A stretch of DNA of 64,000 nucleotides, taken from positions 47,868 to 111,867 of the forward strand of contig CAYQEE010000004.1 of NCBI GenBank assembly GCA_964416445.1. The letters run 5' to 3'. Position numbers and translations under genes: made by a program. Below the pieces are notes generated by a model that was given only the letters and a program-made list of their open reading frames with translations, was not told the DNA's origin and searched no databases. Below, one piece after another: positions 48,145 to 59,100 of this stretch. The DNA comes from an uncultured Gammaproteobacteria bacterium. Lineage in GTDB: Bacteria > Patescibacteriota > Microgenomatia > Levybacterales > UBA12049. Every line of letters begins with the position of its first letter. Within the stretch, counting starts at the first letter, position 1.

Positions 48145-49803
48145 TTACACAGAACATCCAATTTCACTACATAATTTCTTATTTATCTCCTTCGTAAACA
48201 CTTCTACATTTTGTGAATAATCTATGGGAACATCAATAACATGAACACCATCCTCATCCATACATTGAGTAAGCAATTTTGCAAATTCTTCTGTTTTCTC
48301 CAATCGGTGACCATGCGCCCCGTAACTCTCTGCATACTTAACAAAATCGGGATTCTTAAAATCTAGACCAAAGGAAGGTAATCTCAAACTATCTTGCTTC
48401 CATTTAATCATCCCATACCCACTATCATTTAAAATAATAATAACAATACTAACTCCTAATCTTACCGCTGTTTCTAATTCTTGCGAATTCATCATAAAGC
48501 CTCCATCTCCACAGATTGCTACTACTTTTCGCTCAGGATGAACAAGTTTTGCACCAATTGCTGCAGGAAGTCCAGCACCCATTGTCGCAAGAGCATTATC
48601 GAGAAGAACAGTATTTGGTTGATATGCGGGATAATTTCTTGATATCCATAATTTAAACATGCCATTATCCAGCGTAATAATTCCATTGTCGGGCATAACA
48701 TTTCGCAATTCGCTCACAAACTTTTGAGGCAAAATTGGAAAACGGTTATCAAAGTCCATTTTATGAATATGCTCCTTAGTACGACTCTTAACCTTATTAA
48801 AGAGCGAGAAATCCCACTTACTTTGCGGCATAATTTGCTGGGTAAGTGCCCAAATAGTATGGGCAATATCCCCGATTACTTCTAACGTCGGCGAGTAAAC
48901 ATCATCAACATGAGCAGAATAAAAATTAATGTGGATTATTTTCTTATTTACATCACTTCCCATAAACGCAGGTGGTTTTTCATAAACATCATGCCCAATA
49001 ACTAACACAACGTCAGCTTTATCAAATGCACAGTGTACAAAATCGTGTTGCGATAATGCTGCCGCGCCAATATATTGTGGACTTCTCTCATCAATAACAC
49101 CTTTTCCCATTTGTGATGTTATAAAGGGTATTTTTGTCTTATTAATAAACTCAGACAGTCTAACATGAATCAATTTTCTATTTGCACCTGCAGCCACGAT
49201 AATTAATGGATATTTCGCATTTTCAATCATTGACACTGCTTGGGTAAGTGCTTTTGGATCAGGCCCAGGCCTTCTTACTTTCATTCTAGTTATAGGATGT
49301 ACATCAACTTCTTCTCGAGCAATATCTTCTGGTAATTCCAGATGCACAGCTCCCGGCCTTTCTTCTTCTGCTGTTTTGAATGCGTTTCGTAACATTGAAG
49401 GAATATTATCTCCACTGTGGATTAACTGGGCACTTTTTGTTATCGGCTGCATCGTTCCAACAACATCAATAATCTGGAATTGCCCTTGTTTACTTTTTTT
49501 AATTGGTTTTTGACCTGTAATGACTACTAAGGGCATTCCGCCAAGTTGCGCAAAAGCAACACCAGTAATCAAATTTGTTGCCCCGGGGCCAAGTGTAGAA
49601 AGGGCAACACCTGCTTTACCTGTTAACCGACCATAGGTTGCTGCCATGAAAGTTGCCGCTTGTTCATGCCGAGTAACCACAAGTTGAATTGATGATGTGC
49701 GGATTGATTCAAGTAAATCAATATTCTCTTCTCCAGGTATTCCGAATACATATCGTACCCCTTCTTCTTCAAGACAATTAACAAATAAATCAGACGCTTT
49801 CAT
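48145..49803 (-). CDS. Acetolactate synthase-type TPP enzyme, catabolic AlsS-like.
   Basis: TPP_enzyme N, M and C domains (GIPGEENIDLL...ICGDGGFMMNSQELETA). Confidence 0.85.
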   Translation of the reverse strand: MKASDLFVNCLEEEGVRYVFGIPGEENIDLLESIRTSSIQLVVTRHEQAATFMAATYGRLTGKAGVALSTLGPGATNLITGVAFAQLGGMPLVVITGQKPIKKSKQGQFQIIDVVGTMQPITKSAQLIHSGDNIPSMLRNAFKTAEEERPGAVHLELPEDIAREEVDVHPITRMKVRRPGPDPKALTQAVSMIENAKYPLIIVAAGANRKLIHVRLSEFINKTKIPFITSQMGKGVIDERSPQYIGAAALSQHDFVHCAFDKADVVLVIGHDVYEKPPAFMGSDVNKKIIHINFYSAHVDDVYSPTLEVIGDIAHTIWALTQQIMPQSKWDFSLFNKVKSRTKEHIHKMDFDNRFPILPQKFVSELRNVMPDNGIITLDNGMFKLWISRNYPAYQPNTVLLDNALATMGAGLPAAIGAKLVHPERKVVAICGDGGFMMNSQELETAVRLGVSIVIIILNDSGYGMIKWKQDSLRLPSFGLDFKNPDFVKYAESYGAHGHRLEKTEEFAKLLTQCMDEDGVHVIDVPIDYSQNVEVFTKEINKKLCSEIGCSV

Positions 49804-49865
49804 AAAAACATGTTTTAGCTATTATATGGCTTTTAAACTGTTTTATCAAACACCGAGGATAAATA

Positions 49866-50795
49866 TTATTTCTTCTTTACGTCATGACCCCCAAATTGAT
49901 GACGAAGTGCTGCAACCATTTTTGCGGCATACGAATTCTGTATTCGTTTATCTATTTTTGACTGCGTACGGAAATTTAGTGACTCTTCAATAATAGGCAC
50001 AGGCACTTGCTCATCTTTTGCTGCTTCAACTGTCCATCGTGCTTCGCCAGTTTCTGCTATTACGCCATCAATATCAGAAAGTTGAGGATCTTTTTCTAAT
50101 ACTCCCTTTGCACAATCAATAAGAAAACTCGAAATAATTGTACTATTTTGCCATATTGCCGCAACATTATTAAGGTCTAATTTATATGGTGATTTTTCTA
50201 ATACTCCAAAACCTTCTCCAATAGCTTGCATCATTCCATATTCAATACCGTTATGTACCATCTTTACAAAATGTCCTGCTCCACCTTCTCCATGATACAT
50301 ATGTCCACCTTTCGGATATGCAAGCGTATCTAGAATAGGAATAATTTCTTCATATGCGCTTTTATCACCACCAACCATAAGAGGATAGCCATTCTTTTCT
50401 GCCATTATGCCACCACTAACGCCAATTCCAAGAAACCGAATTCCTTTTGCTTGAAAGTCTTCGTACCGTCTTTGGGTATCTTTATAATTCGAATTTCCAC
50501 CGTCAATAATAATATCGCCTTGTGTAACACCCATTCCTAGCTCTTGAAGAATACTTTCTGTTGGTAATCCAGTAGGAAGCATCAACCAGAAAACACGTGG
50601 AGATTTAAGTTCCTTAAAGAAATCACCTATTGTTGAAACAGTCTTAAAAAACTCTTTTTGTGTTTCATGCTTTTGTTGAAATAAAGTCATGGGTTCCGAA
50701 GATCGATTCCAAAGTATGACATGATGACCATTTTCAACCAATTTACCAGCCATACGACTACCCATTTTCCCAAGGCCGATAAATCCAAGTTGCAT
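49866..50795 (-). CDS. gnd: 6-phosphogluconate dehydrogenase (decarboxylating), short form of about 300 aa.
   Basis: MQLGFIGLGKMGSRMA Rossmann and the 6PGDH core, adjacent to zwf. Confidence 0.8.
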   Translation of the reverse strand: MQLGFIGLGKMGSRMAGKLVENGHHVILWNRSSEPMTLFQQKHETQKEFFKTVSTIGDFFKELKSPRVFWLMLPTGLPTESILQELGMGVTQGDIIIDGGNSNYKDTQRRYEDFQAKGIRFLGIGVSGGIMAEKNGYPLMVGGDKSAYEEIIPILDTLAYPKGGHMYHGEGGAGHFVKMVHNGIEYGMMQAIGEGFGVLEKSPYKLDLNNVAAIWQNSTIISSFLIDCAKGVLEKDPQLSDIDGVIAETGEARWTVEAAKDEQVPVPIIEESLNFRTQSKIDKRIQNSYAAKMVAALRHQFGGHDVKKK

Positions 50796-50838
50796 TATTT
50801 TATTATACAGTATATCTTTCCTATGATAAATGAGTTTA

Positions 50839-51519
50839 TTATCCTATCTCATTTGCCCCATTTATAGGAGACCAACCAAAGGGGTTTGTAATATCATGCA
50901 ATCTCCCTTTATTATTAGAAATTGCATACAGCAAAGCAAAATTATTGGGCACTCGATTTGTTTCAATTATTGCTTGTATCACATCACAACAATCTCTATG
51001 GCTTAAAAAAACTTTTCTTTCTAAGATATTCGATTCATGAGGCGTATTCTCTTTATTAACTCCTCCAAATCGTATACAAATAACTTCTAATCCTTTCGTG
51101 GCATAATATCTTCCCAACGATTCCATAAATACTTTTTCAGCTCCGTATAAGCTATCTGGCGTAGGAATTTGTAATGGTGACATTAATGAAGTCTTTAGCC
51201 ATTGATAATAACTATCTGCATGTACTGAGCTAGCCATTATTACTCTTGGTATTTTTTGTTCCACTGCAGCTTGATAAACGTTATACAACATTATTGAGTT
51301 GTCTGGATTATACACATGAGTTCGATAATTATCTCTTTTCGTATCCCATGCTAAATGTATCACGACATCATGATCTTTAATTTGCTCTGCAACCTCTTGA
51401 TAGTTACGTATATCAATTTCAGGTTTCGCTAACGAAGTAATTGAAACATTTTTTAATCCATTCACCAGAATAGTCCCAATAGTACCATGTGAACCGGTAA
51501 TGGCGATTTTTTTATTCAT
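50839..51519 (-). CDS. NAD(P)-binding epimerase/dehydratase-like (short SDR) protein.
   Basis: IAITGSHGTIG glycine motif and YxxxK (YGAEK). Confidence 0.6.
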   Translation of the reverse strand: MNKKIAITGSHGTIGTILVNGLKNVSITSLAKPEIDIRNYQEVAEQIKDHDVVIHLAWDTKRDNYRTHVYNPDNSIMLYNVYQAAVEQKIPRVIMASSVHADSYYQWLKTSLMSPLQIPTPDSLYGAEKVFMESLGRYYATKGLEVICIRFGGVNKENTPHESNILERKVFLSHRDCCDVIQAIIETNRVPNNFALLYAISNNKGRLHDITNPFGWSPINGANEIG

Positions 51520-51528
51520 AAAAAAAGA

Positions 51529-52950
51529 TTAAAATATCCATTTGCGCCCATCTTTTTCAATAAGATCAAACGCTTCTTTTGGTCCCCACCCGCCGGGTTT
51601 ATAGGTATACACGGGAGACGCATTCTTTTCCCATCCATGTAAAATTGCAGTAATAAATTCCCATGAACTTGCTAGTTCATCCGAACGGTTGAAAAGCGTC
51701 TGATCTCCATAGAAAATATCTAACAGAATCTTTTGATACGCATCTGTGCCGGTTGTGTGAAATTCTTCGTTATATAAAAAATGCATTTTTGTATTGCCAA
51801 GCATTAATTTATTCCCTGGATTTTTTGCAATTATTTTAAGTCCAATTCCTTCATCAGGTTGAATATAAAAAGTTAAAACATTTCCTTCTTCAGGACATCC
51901 AATTTCCTTAAAAAGTAAATGACACGTTTGTTTAAAGATTACTGAAACTTCTACTAACGATTTATTCATTCTTTTACCTGCACGTATATAGAATGGCACT
52001 CCAGCGAAACGTTCATTTTGCAATAAAAGTTTTAATGCAACAAACGTTTCCGTTTGTGAATGAGGAGCAACATCCTTCTCACTTAAATAACCTTCATATT
52101 GTCCACGTACTACATATTTCGCTACATCCTCTGGATTGTAACATTGAATAGCAGCTATTATTTTTGCACGAGCATCCCGAACCCCCTCACTAGAAAAACT
52201 CTTTGGTTGCTCCATGGCAACTGCTGCGAGTAATTGAAGTAAATGATTTTGGGTTACATCACGCAATATTCCAACTCCATCAAAAAATCTACCCCGAGTC
52301 TGGATTCCTTTTTCTTCTGCAAAAGTTATTTGTATATGATCAATATAATTTGCATTCCAAACAGGTTCAAAAATACTATTAGCAAATCGAAATATCAACA
52401 TATTTTGTACTGTTTCTTTTCCTAAATAATGATCCACTCGAAAGACCTGCCATTCACTGAAATATTCAGATAATTTTTGATCTAGCATTTTTGCCGTATC
52501 TAAATCCTTACCAAAAGGTTTTTCTATAACAAGCTTTGCCCATTGTTTATGATCGTGAGCAAATTCGTGCTTATATTGATAAATAAATTCCAAAATTGTG
52601 TTGTAATTTGATGGAGGGGTAGCTAAATAAAGGATTCGTTCAAATGTTATATTGGATGTTGTATCAAACGTATTGAGTTTTTCTGTTAACGACTTATATG
52701 CAACACTGTCATCAAATGAGCCTTGATGATAGAGTAAATGGGATGAAAATTTATTCCATTCAGGATCTGAAACAAATTCACTAAATAAATTTGCGAAAGT
52801 CTCATTAGTCAACGGTCGACGCGCAAAACCAATAATATAAAATTGCTCTGCAAGTCCTTTTTCTTTAAATAACGAGAACAATGCAGGTATTAATTTCGTA
52901 TGGGCTAAATCTCCTGTTGCTCCGAAAATTACTAGCACAAACGGTTGCAT
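51529..52950 (-). CDS. zwf: Glucose-6-phosphate 1-dehydrogenase.
   Basis: GATGDLA and RVDHYLGKE signatures. Confidence 0.95.
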   Translation of the reverse strand: MQPFVLVIFGATGDLAHTKLIPALFSLFKEKGLAEQFYIIGFARRPLTNETFANLFSEFVSDPEWNKFSSHLLYHQGSFDDSVAYKSLTEKLNTFDTTSNITFERILYLATPPSNYNTILEFIYQYKHEFAHDHKQWAKLVIEKPFGKDLDTAKMLDQKLSEYFSEWQVFRVDHYLGKETVQNMLIFRFANSIFEPVWNANYIDHIQITFAEEKGIQTRGRFFDGVGILRDVTQNHLLQLLAAVAMEQPKSFSSEGVRDARAKIIAAIQCYNPEDVAKYVVRGQYEGYLSEKDVAPHSQTETFVALKLLLQNERFAGVPFYIRAGKRMNKSLVEVSVIFKQTCHLLFKEIGCPEEGNVLTFYIQPDEGIGLKIIAKNPGNKLMLGNTKMHFLYNEEFHTTGTDAYQKILLDIFYGDQTLFNRSDELASSWEFITAILHGWEKNASPVYTYKPGGWGPKEAFDLIEKDGRKWIF

Positions 52951-52995
52951 TACATGGATTATAAATCGAAAAGCAACAAGTGAAAAGAAGCAAAA

Positions 52996-53709
52996 TTAAA
53001 TTTTTTGATCGGTAATAAACATAGTTTTCTTTGCCATCTCCCTCATTTGATAGAATCGTGCTGGTATTTCTTCTAGACTTCCTGGGGTTAGTGCTTTATT
53101 AATTGCTTCTTTTTTATCTTTGCCAAAAATAAAAACAATAATATAGTCAAGTAATGATAACCCAGCAAATGTTAATGTAATTCTTTTTCCGAATGGACTC
53201 ATCTTATCGATAAAACTTGAAACAAAGAGATGCTTCTGAGAATTATCGAAAAGAGGATTTATAAAGTCGTTTCTATTCGGCAAAATACCAGCAGTGTGTC
53301 CATCACTACCTATACCTAAAACACCAATACTTTTAGGAAAATGAAAGAAAAGACTTCTTACTTTTTCATCATACAATTGGGCTGTTTCATCAAGTGATCG
53401 ATGTTCTTGTAGAATTGGATTAAATGGAATCTTGCGAGTAGCAAAATATGACAATAGACCTGTCTCAGATATCATTTTTTCGTTACTATTTTTATGATAT
53501 GGATTCCCATATCTTTCGTCTATCATGCCAACCGCTGCAGGTTTTATAATTTTTTCTTCTGCTAAAACTTGATAGAGTGGTTTTGGGGTCTTCCCTCCAG
53601 ATAAAAATAACACAGTTTTACTATCTACTCTTTTATAAAGTTCCTCCTTTGCAATTTCTATACCTTTCTGGATCGTTCCTGCTACGACAATTTGCATAAT
53701 GTGTTTCAT
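52996..53709 (-). CDS. pgl: 6-phosphogluconolactonase.
   Basis: SOL/DevB glucosamine-6-P-isomerase-like fold (LFLSGGKTP...IDERY). Confidence 0.8.
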   Translation of the reverse strand: MKHIMQIVVAGTIQKGIEIAKEELYKRVDSKTVLFLSGGKTPKPLYQVLAEEKIIKPAAVGMIDERYGNPYHKNSNEKMISETGLLSYFATRKIPFNPILQEHRSLDETAQLYDEKVRSLFFHFPKSIGVLGIGSDGHTAGILPNRNDFINPLFDNSQKHLFVSSFIDKMSPFGKRITLTFAGLSLLDYIIVFIFGKDKKEAINKALTPGSLEEIPARFYQMREMAKKTMFITDQKI

Positions 53710-53754
53710 TGTAAAGAAGAATCAGAAAACTAGCAAGAACAAAAATCTCTTAAA

Positions 53755-54891
53755 TTAAGGAAGCAACGGCTGATGAGTGAATAATCTGATAAGATCATGA
53801 AAAGTGAGGAAAAGGATTAGCATTAATAACAATGCCATCCCAACAGCATGGGTATAGCCTTCAATTCTCGGATTTACTTTCTTTTGGGTAATTGCTTCAA
53901 AAAGGATGAAAAATAATCTTCCCCCATCAAGTGCTGGTATCGGCAAGATGTTTAAAACAGCAAGATTTAATGAAAGTAATGATACAAGAGAGAGAACTGC
54001 ATTAAACCCAAACTGGACTGTTTCACCTGTTAATTGTGCAATGCCTACAGGGCCAGCTAATCCTTTAGGAACTGTTCTTTGAGTAGCCGCTTGAAAAATT
54101 GCATCTCCTAATCCTTGAATAATTTTCCATGAATCATTAAACGATTCTAACGTGCCAACAAATGGGGCTTGATACCAGGTATAACGTTTAGTCATAAGAT
54201 TCGCTATAGCAACCCCCATTGCACCTTCATTTTTTGGATAGCGAATACGAGGAGTAATTCGTATATTGTGTACTTGTTGGTTCGTATCCTCAATTTGTAA
54301 TGTGAGTGTCTCCCCTAAATGAGCTTTTGTAATAGAAATAAGTTGCTGTGAATTAGAAACAACACTACCATTCACGGACAAAATAGCATCGTCTTGCTTT
54401 AATCCTGCTTGATCTGCTGGAGATCCAGGAGAGACCGATTGAACGATAACATGTTGTGAAGGAACGGGAACACCTTGAACCGCAAAGAGATAAGAAATAA
54501 GAACGATCGCGAGAAGAAAATTCATAACGACACCGGCAATAACAATACTTGCCCGTTGCCATGCTGGACGGGCAAAAAAGGCTCGTTTTAGATCTTTGCC
54601 TTTTGCTTTTAAAGCAGAACTCTTTACTGAGCCTAATTTTCCTCCACCCGCTTCATCTTCCCCATAGAGTTTAACAAAACCGCCAATAGGTAAAAGATTA
54701 ATTGAGTAAAGTGTTTCACCAATTTTTTTCCCATAAATTCGCGGTGGAAAACCGAAGCCAAATTCTTCAACTTTTACTCCTAATTTTTTTGCAACTAAAT
54801 AATGACCTGCTTCATGAATAAGCACTAATACGGATAACATTAAAACAAAAACAATAATTGTGAGTATCATAGAGGCTTTTCTATCATACAA
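53755..54891 (-). CDS. rseP: RIP site-2 metalloprotease RseP.
   Basis: HEAGHY zinc motif, PDZ domain and LDGG motif. Confidence 0.9.
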   Translation of the reverse strand: MYDRKASMILTIIVFVLMLSVLVLIHEAGHYLVAKKLGVKVEEFGFGFPPRIYGKKIGETLYSINLLPIGGFVKLYGEDEAGGGKLGSVKSSALKAKGKDLKRAFFARPAWQRASIVIAGVVMNFLLAIVLISYLFAVQGVPVPSQHVIVQSVSPGSPADQAGLKQDDAILSVNGSVVSNSQQLISITKAHLGETLTLQIEDTNQQVHNIRITPRIRYPKNEGAMGVAIANLMTKRYTWYQAPFVGTLESFNDSWKIIQGLGDAIFQAATQRTVPKGLAGPVGIAQLTGETVQFGFNAVLSLVSLLSLNLAVLNILPIPALDGGRLFFILFEAITQKKVNPRIEGYTHAVGMALLLMLILFLTFHDLIRLFTHQPLLP

Positions 54892-54923
54892 GAGGATGAA
54901 AAAAAATACAACCCAACCATTCT

Positions 54924-55259
54924 TTACTGTTTCAATGTAGAAATAAATGCACTTACAATAGAAAGTATTATGCTAAAAAGAATTGCCCAGATAATATTTT
55001 CTACAATAAATCCTGGAACTAAGGCACTCACCAAAAGGACAAGTAATCCATTAATGACAAAGGTAAACAAACCTAAGGAGACAATATTTATTGGTAATGT
55101 CAGAAGAAAGAGAATTGGCTTAATGACTGCATTAACAATTCCAAGAACAATTGCTACAACAATTGCAGTTAAAAAGCTATGAACATGAACTCCAGGAAGA
55201 AGATATGCGGAGATCAAGACTGCTATTGCGCTTAATAAAAGGTTTATGATTATTCTCAT
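54924..55259 (-). CDS. DUF360 / YvlD-type 4-TM membrane protein (holin-superfamily IV-like).
   Basis: 111 aa protein with four transmembrane helices and the family's length and hydropathy. Confidence 0.6.
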   Translation of the reverse strand: MRIIINLLLSAIAVLISAYLLPGVHVHSFLTAIVVAIVLGIVNAVIKPILFLLTLPINIVSLGLFTFVINGLLVLLVSALVPGFIVENIIWAILFSIILSIVSAFISTLKQ

Positions 55260-55316
55260 ACTTGTATGATAAACCGAAATTTATTAACAAGCAATACTTT
55301 TTATCAAATTTTATTC

Positions 55317-55868
55317 TTAGATCTGTAATAATTCTTCTTCTTTCTTTTTTCCCAACGCATCAATTTTCTGAATAAATTCATCGGTTAATTTCTGTATTTC
55401 CTTTTCAAATCTTCGAATATCATCCTCTGAAAGTTGTTCATCTTTTTTTATTTCGTTTAAAGCATCATGTCGAGCTTGACGAATAAGTATTTTCCCATTT
55501 TCTAATTTTTGTTTCATTAGATGGATGAGATCTTGTCTTCTTTCTTCTGAGAGAGGTGGTATTGCTATTCTTATTACTTTTCCGTCATTGCTCGGATTAA
55601 GTCCAATATTTGCTTCTTGTATACCCTTTTGGATTTCTCCAAGAATAGATGAGTCATAGGGAGAGATAACAAGAGTTTGCGTATCTGACGAGGCAATTGT
55701 CGCCAATTCCACAACTTTCATTCGTGCTGTTCCACCATATACTGAAACGATTAAATTATCAACGAGTGATGGAGTTGCTCTACCTGTTCGAACCGTACCT
55801 AAATCTGTTTGAATAACCTGTACTGCTTTCGACATTTGCTGAGAAGTTTGTTGAACAATTGGATCCAT
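55317..55868 (-). CDS. frr: Ribosome recycling factor.
   Basis: Characteristic RRF sequence throughout. Confidence 0.95.
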   Translation of the reverse strand: MDPIVQQTSQQMSKAVQVIQTDLGTVRTGRATPSLVDNLIVSVYGGTARMKVVELATIASSDTQTLVISPYDSSILGEIQKGIQEANIGLNPSNDGKVIRIAIPPLSEERRQDLIHLMKQKLENGKILIRQARHDALNEIKKDEQLSEDDIRRFEKEIQKLTDEFIQKIDALGKKKEEELLQI

Positions 55869-55886
55869 AACGTGTTATGTGAGTCT

Positions 55887-56342
55887 TTAAAGCGCTAACC
55901 GTGCAATTCTTTTAACTGTAATATTTTCTCCTAATTTGCCAATAACTTGTTTAATTAACCCCTCTATGGTTAGTGATGTATCTTTAATATATTCTTGTTT
56001 TAATAATTCGTCAACAGTTTGCGGGTTCATTGCAGCTACTTGCATAGCAACTTCATGAGCTAATTTTTTGAATTCATCTGTTCGCGCAACAAAATCAGTT
56101 TCACACAATAATTCAACGAGTGCCCCTACTTTACCCGTTTGATGAATATATGATTCAATAAGTCCTTCTCCTGTTTCACGATCAGCTTTCTTTTCAGCTT
56201 TCTCGGCAGACCGTTTCTTAAGCCATTCAAGAGCTTTCTCATAATTTCCTGAAGATTCTTCTAATGCCCTCCGACAATCGCTTACTGAGGCAGCGGTCTG
56301 TTCACGAAGTTTTTTTAATTGTGATAAATCAATATTTGCCAT
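55887..56342 (-). CDS. tsf: Elongation factor Ts, short form.
   Basis: N-terminal UBA-like motif (LREQTAASVSDCRRAL) and the coiled-coil/dimerisation core. It lies between rpsB and frr. Confidence 0.85.
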   Translation of the reverse strand: MANIDLSQLKKLREQTAASVSDCRRALEESSGNYEKALEWLKKRSAEKAEKKADRETGEGLIESYIHQTGKVGALVELLCETDFVARTDEFKKLAHEVAMQVAAMNPQTVDELLKQEYIKDTSLTIEGLIKQVIGKLGENITVKRIARLAL

Positions 56343-56344
56343 GG

Positions 56345-57196
56345 TTACGATTCTTTTTCTTCTGTTTTTTTCGTGGTTGGATGTTTTTCTTTTTCTGATG
56401 CCTTTTGAGAAGTTGATGTTTTTTCTTCCTTTGCTTCAACAGCTTTTTCTTCTTTTTTGCTCTCTTGTTTTGCTGCATTTCCTTTTCCTTCTATCCAAGC
56501 ATCAATAATATACGATACGATTAACTGAATTGAACCAACAGCGTCATCATTTGCAGGTATTGGATAATCAATAATATCAGGATCTGCGTTTGTATCAACG
56601 ATACCTACCGTTGGTACACCAGTTCTAAATGCCTCCATGACGGCTAAATTTTCTAAATGAGTATCAATAATAAACAGCGCATCTGGTTGTTTATTTAATT
56701 CTACAATTCCACCATAAAACATTTCTAATTTTTGTCGTTCCTTATCCCATAAACCGATTTCTTTTTTGGTATATTTTGATTTCTCAAATTCATCTTTTAA
56801 TTTTGCTGATAAATCTTTTAATTTTTTATAGTTTTTTCTGACTTCAGATGCATTGGTTAATGTTCCCCCAATCCAGCGACTTGTAACTGAATAAAGACCG
56901 TCATTAATTTTCTTTTCACCTAAAGTTTCCTTTGCTCTTTTAACTTGCTCTGCAACAATTGGTTGAGCCTGTCTTTTTGAACCGACGATAACGAGTGTAC
57001 TGCCCGGTTTTTCAGCAAGTTCTTTAACAAACGCGGCAGCTTCATCAAGGCCTTTTTTTGTTAAACCTAAGTCGATAATGTGGATACCATCACGAGCTTC
57101 AAAAACGTATTCACGTGCTTTGGGGTTCTGTCGAGTCACTTGATGTCCAAAATGACACCCTGCTTCTAGTAGTTCTTCTAATGTTATCTCTTTCAT
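56345..57196 (-). CDS. rpsB: 30S ribosomal protein S2 with a Lys/Glu-rich C-terminal extension.
   Basis: LLEAGCHFGHQ and further S2 blocks. Confidence 0.95.
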   Translation of the reverse strand: MKEITLEELLEAGCHFGHQVTRQNPKAREYVFEARDGIHIIDLGLTKKGLDEAAAFVKELAEKPGSTLVIVGSKRQAQPIVAEQVKRAKETLGEKKINDGLYSVTSRWIGGTLTNASEVRKNYKKLKDLSAKLKDEFEKSKYTKKEIGLWDKERQKLEMFYGGIVELNKQPDALFIIDTHLENLAVMEAFRTGVPTVGIVDTNADPDIIDYPIPANDDAVGSIQLIVSYIIDAWIEGKGNAAKQESKKEEKAVEAKEEKTSTSQKASEKEKHPTTKKTEEKES

Positions 57197-57360
57197 AAAT
57201 CCTTATTCCTCCATTCAACGCTCACTTTACAGTCAGGATTTAATGCTGAATGTGTGTAATCACTATATTATAACTAAAAATAGATTGAATTTCAAGCAAG
57301 AGTAATCTCAATCCTACATTGCCAATTAGAATTCTTAAGCTTCCACCAATTGAGTAAACG

Positions 57361-58611
57361 CTAGTCAATGCCTGGAACAGGAAATTGTAGCGAGAATTCA
57401 ATTACTTCCTTCTTTATCTTATTCAATTGAGCTTGACTATCCTTATTTTTTAATGCTTCATCGATTAATCTTGCAATAGTCTCCATATGTTTCTCTTTCA
57501 TGCCTCGTGTTGTGACAGCAGGCGTCCCCAAACGTACTCCTGAAGGATCAAATGGCTTTCGAGGATCAAACGGGATCATATTCTTGTTGATCGATATATT
57601 AACTTCTTCCAAAGCGTGTTCTGCTTCTTTACCGGGTATACCATTACTTCCAAAAACATCTACTAACATTAAATGATTATCTGTACCTCCTGAAACAATT
57701 CGATATCCTCGTTTCTGTAATGCTTCTGCAAGAGCTTTTGCATTTTTAATTACTTGTGCTGAATATGATTTGAACGAAGGTTTTAATGCCTCTCCAAATG
57801 CAATTGCTTTCGCAGCATTAATATGATCATGTGGTCCTCCTTGAACACCAGGAAACACAGCTCGATTAATATCTTTCGCAAAAGCTTCCCGACACATAAT
57901 CATTGCACCTCGAGGTCCCCGGAGTGTTTTATGAGTGGTTGTCGAAACAACATCAAAATATGGAACTGGACTTTCTAGTTGTCCTCCTGCAATCAACCCG
58001 GCAATATGAGCTATATCCGCAAATGTTACGGCACCTATTTTATCCGCTATTTTTTTAAACCTTTTCCAATCCATATTTCGACTATACGCTGAAAATCCTG
58101 CTAAAATCATCTTTGGTTTTTCTTTCAGTGCAATCTTTTCAACTTCGTCCATATCAATGAGTTCCGTTTTCTTATCAACAAAATAAGGAATTATGGTATA
58201 TAACAAACCAGAAAAGTTAAGAGGATGTCCGTGGGAAAGGTGCCCTCCTTGATCTAAAGAAAAACCGAGTACTTTATCCCCGGGCTTAAGCAGCGCCATA
58301 TAAACAGCCAAATTTGCAGGACTTCCTGAGAGAGGTTGAACATTAACATGTTCTGCACCAAAGAGCTTTTTGGCACGTTCGATAGCAAGATTCTCAGCTT
58401 GATCAATAATTTGATTTCCGCCATAATACCGTTTACCTGGATATCCTTCTGAGTATTTATTTGTTAAGATACTCCCCATTGCTTCTAAAATCGCTGGAGA
58501 AACATAATTTTCTGAAGCAATAAGCTCAATACCTTCCTTTTGTCTTTTTTCTTCTAAGGTAATAATATCGTAGATTGCGCGGTCTTCTTTTTGTATGTAC
58601 TTTTTGTCCAT
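57361..58611 (-). CDS. glyA: Serine hydroxymethyltransferase.
   Basis: PLP-Lys motif [12 protein letters not shown] and overall SHMT sequence. Confidence 0.95.
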   Translation of the reverse strand: MDKKYIQKEDRAIYDIITLEEKRQKEGIELIASENYVSPAILEAMGSILTNKYSEGYPGKRYYGGNQIIDQAENLAIERAKKLFGAEHVNVQPLSGSPANLAVYMALLKPGDKVLGFSLDQGGHLSHGHPLNFSGLLYTIIPYFVDKKTELIDMDEVEKIALKEKPKMILAGFSAYSRNMDWKRFKKIADKIGAVTFADIAHIAGLIAGGQLESPVPYFDVVSTTTHKTLRGPRGAMIMCREAFAKDINRAVFPGVQGGPHDHINAAKAIAFGEALKPSFKSYSAQVIKNAKALAEALQKRGYRIVSGGTDNHLMLVDVFGSNGIPGKEAEHALEEVNISINKNMIPFDPRKPFDPSGVRLGTPAVTTRGMKEKHMETIARLIDEALKNKDSQAQLNKIKKEVIEFSLQFPVPGID

Positions 58612-58673
58612 TCCTTACAAAGCTACTATAAGAAACTTTCGCATTATTTGCAAGAGGGAAAACAGTTATATTC

Positions 58674-59081
58674 TTGCTATGTTATACTCAGCATATGCAG
58701 ATGATTGCACTCATTACCGTTTTGGTAGCCTTTACTGTTTATTTTTCAACGCAAAATACGGTTGGAGTAACACTTCGTTTCGCAGATAAAACCCTTGCTA
58801 TTTTCCCTTTATACGTTATCGTCATTTTTGCATTACTTTTTGGATTTCTTATATCATATATCTTTACGTTAGCGTATCGAATATCTTCCGAAAATGAAAA
58901 GAAAAAAGGCAAATTACTTGTGCATGATGAAGAAACTATTATTAAAAATTTAAAAAAAAGGATTATAGAGTTAGAAGAAACACAAGCACAGCTAAAAATA
59001 CAAATTGCAGCGTATGAAAAGCATATTTCACCTCCTAAGTCTTCCTCAGTAACCAAAAATCAGATTGATGAGTCACAATGA
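58674..59081 (+). CDS. LapA/DUF1049-like membrane protein with a coiled-coil tail.
   Basis: Two transmembrane helices plus a charged helical C-terminus. The start is probably at MQMIAL (58695). Confidence 0.55.
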   Translation: MLCYTQHMQMIALITVLVAFTVYFSTQNTVGVTLRFADKTLAIFPLYVIVIFALLFGFLISYIFTLAYRISSENEKKKGKLLVHDEETIIKNLKKRIIELEETQAQLKIQIAAYEKHISPPKSSSVTKNQIDESQ

Positions 59082-59100
59082 ACTCACCAATCTGATAATT

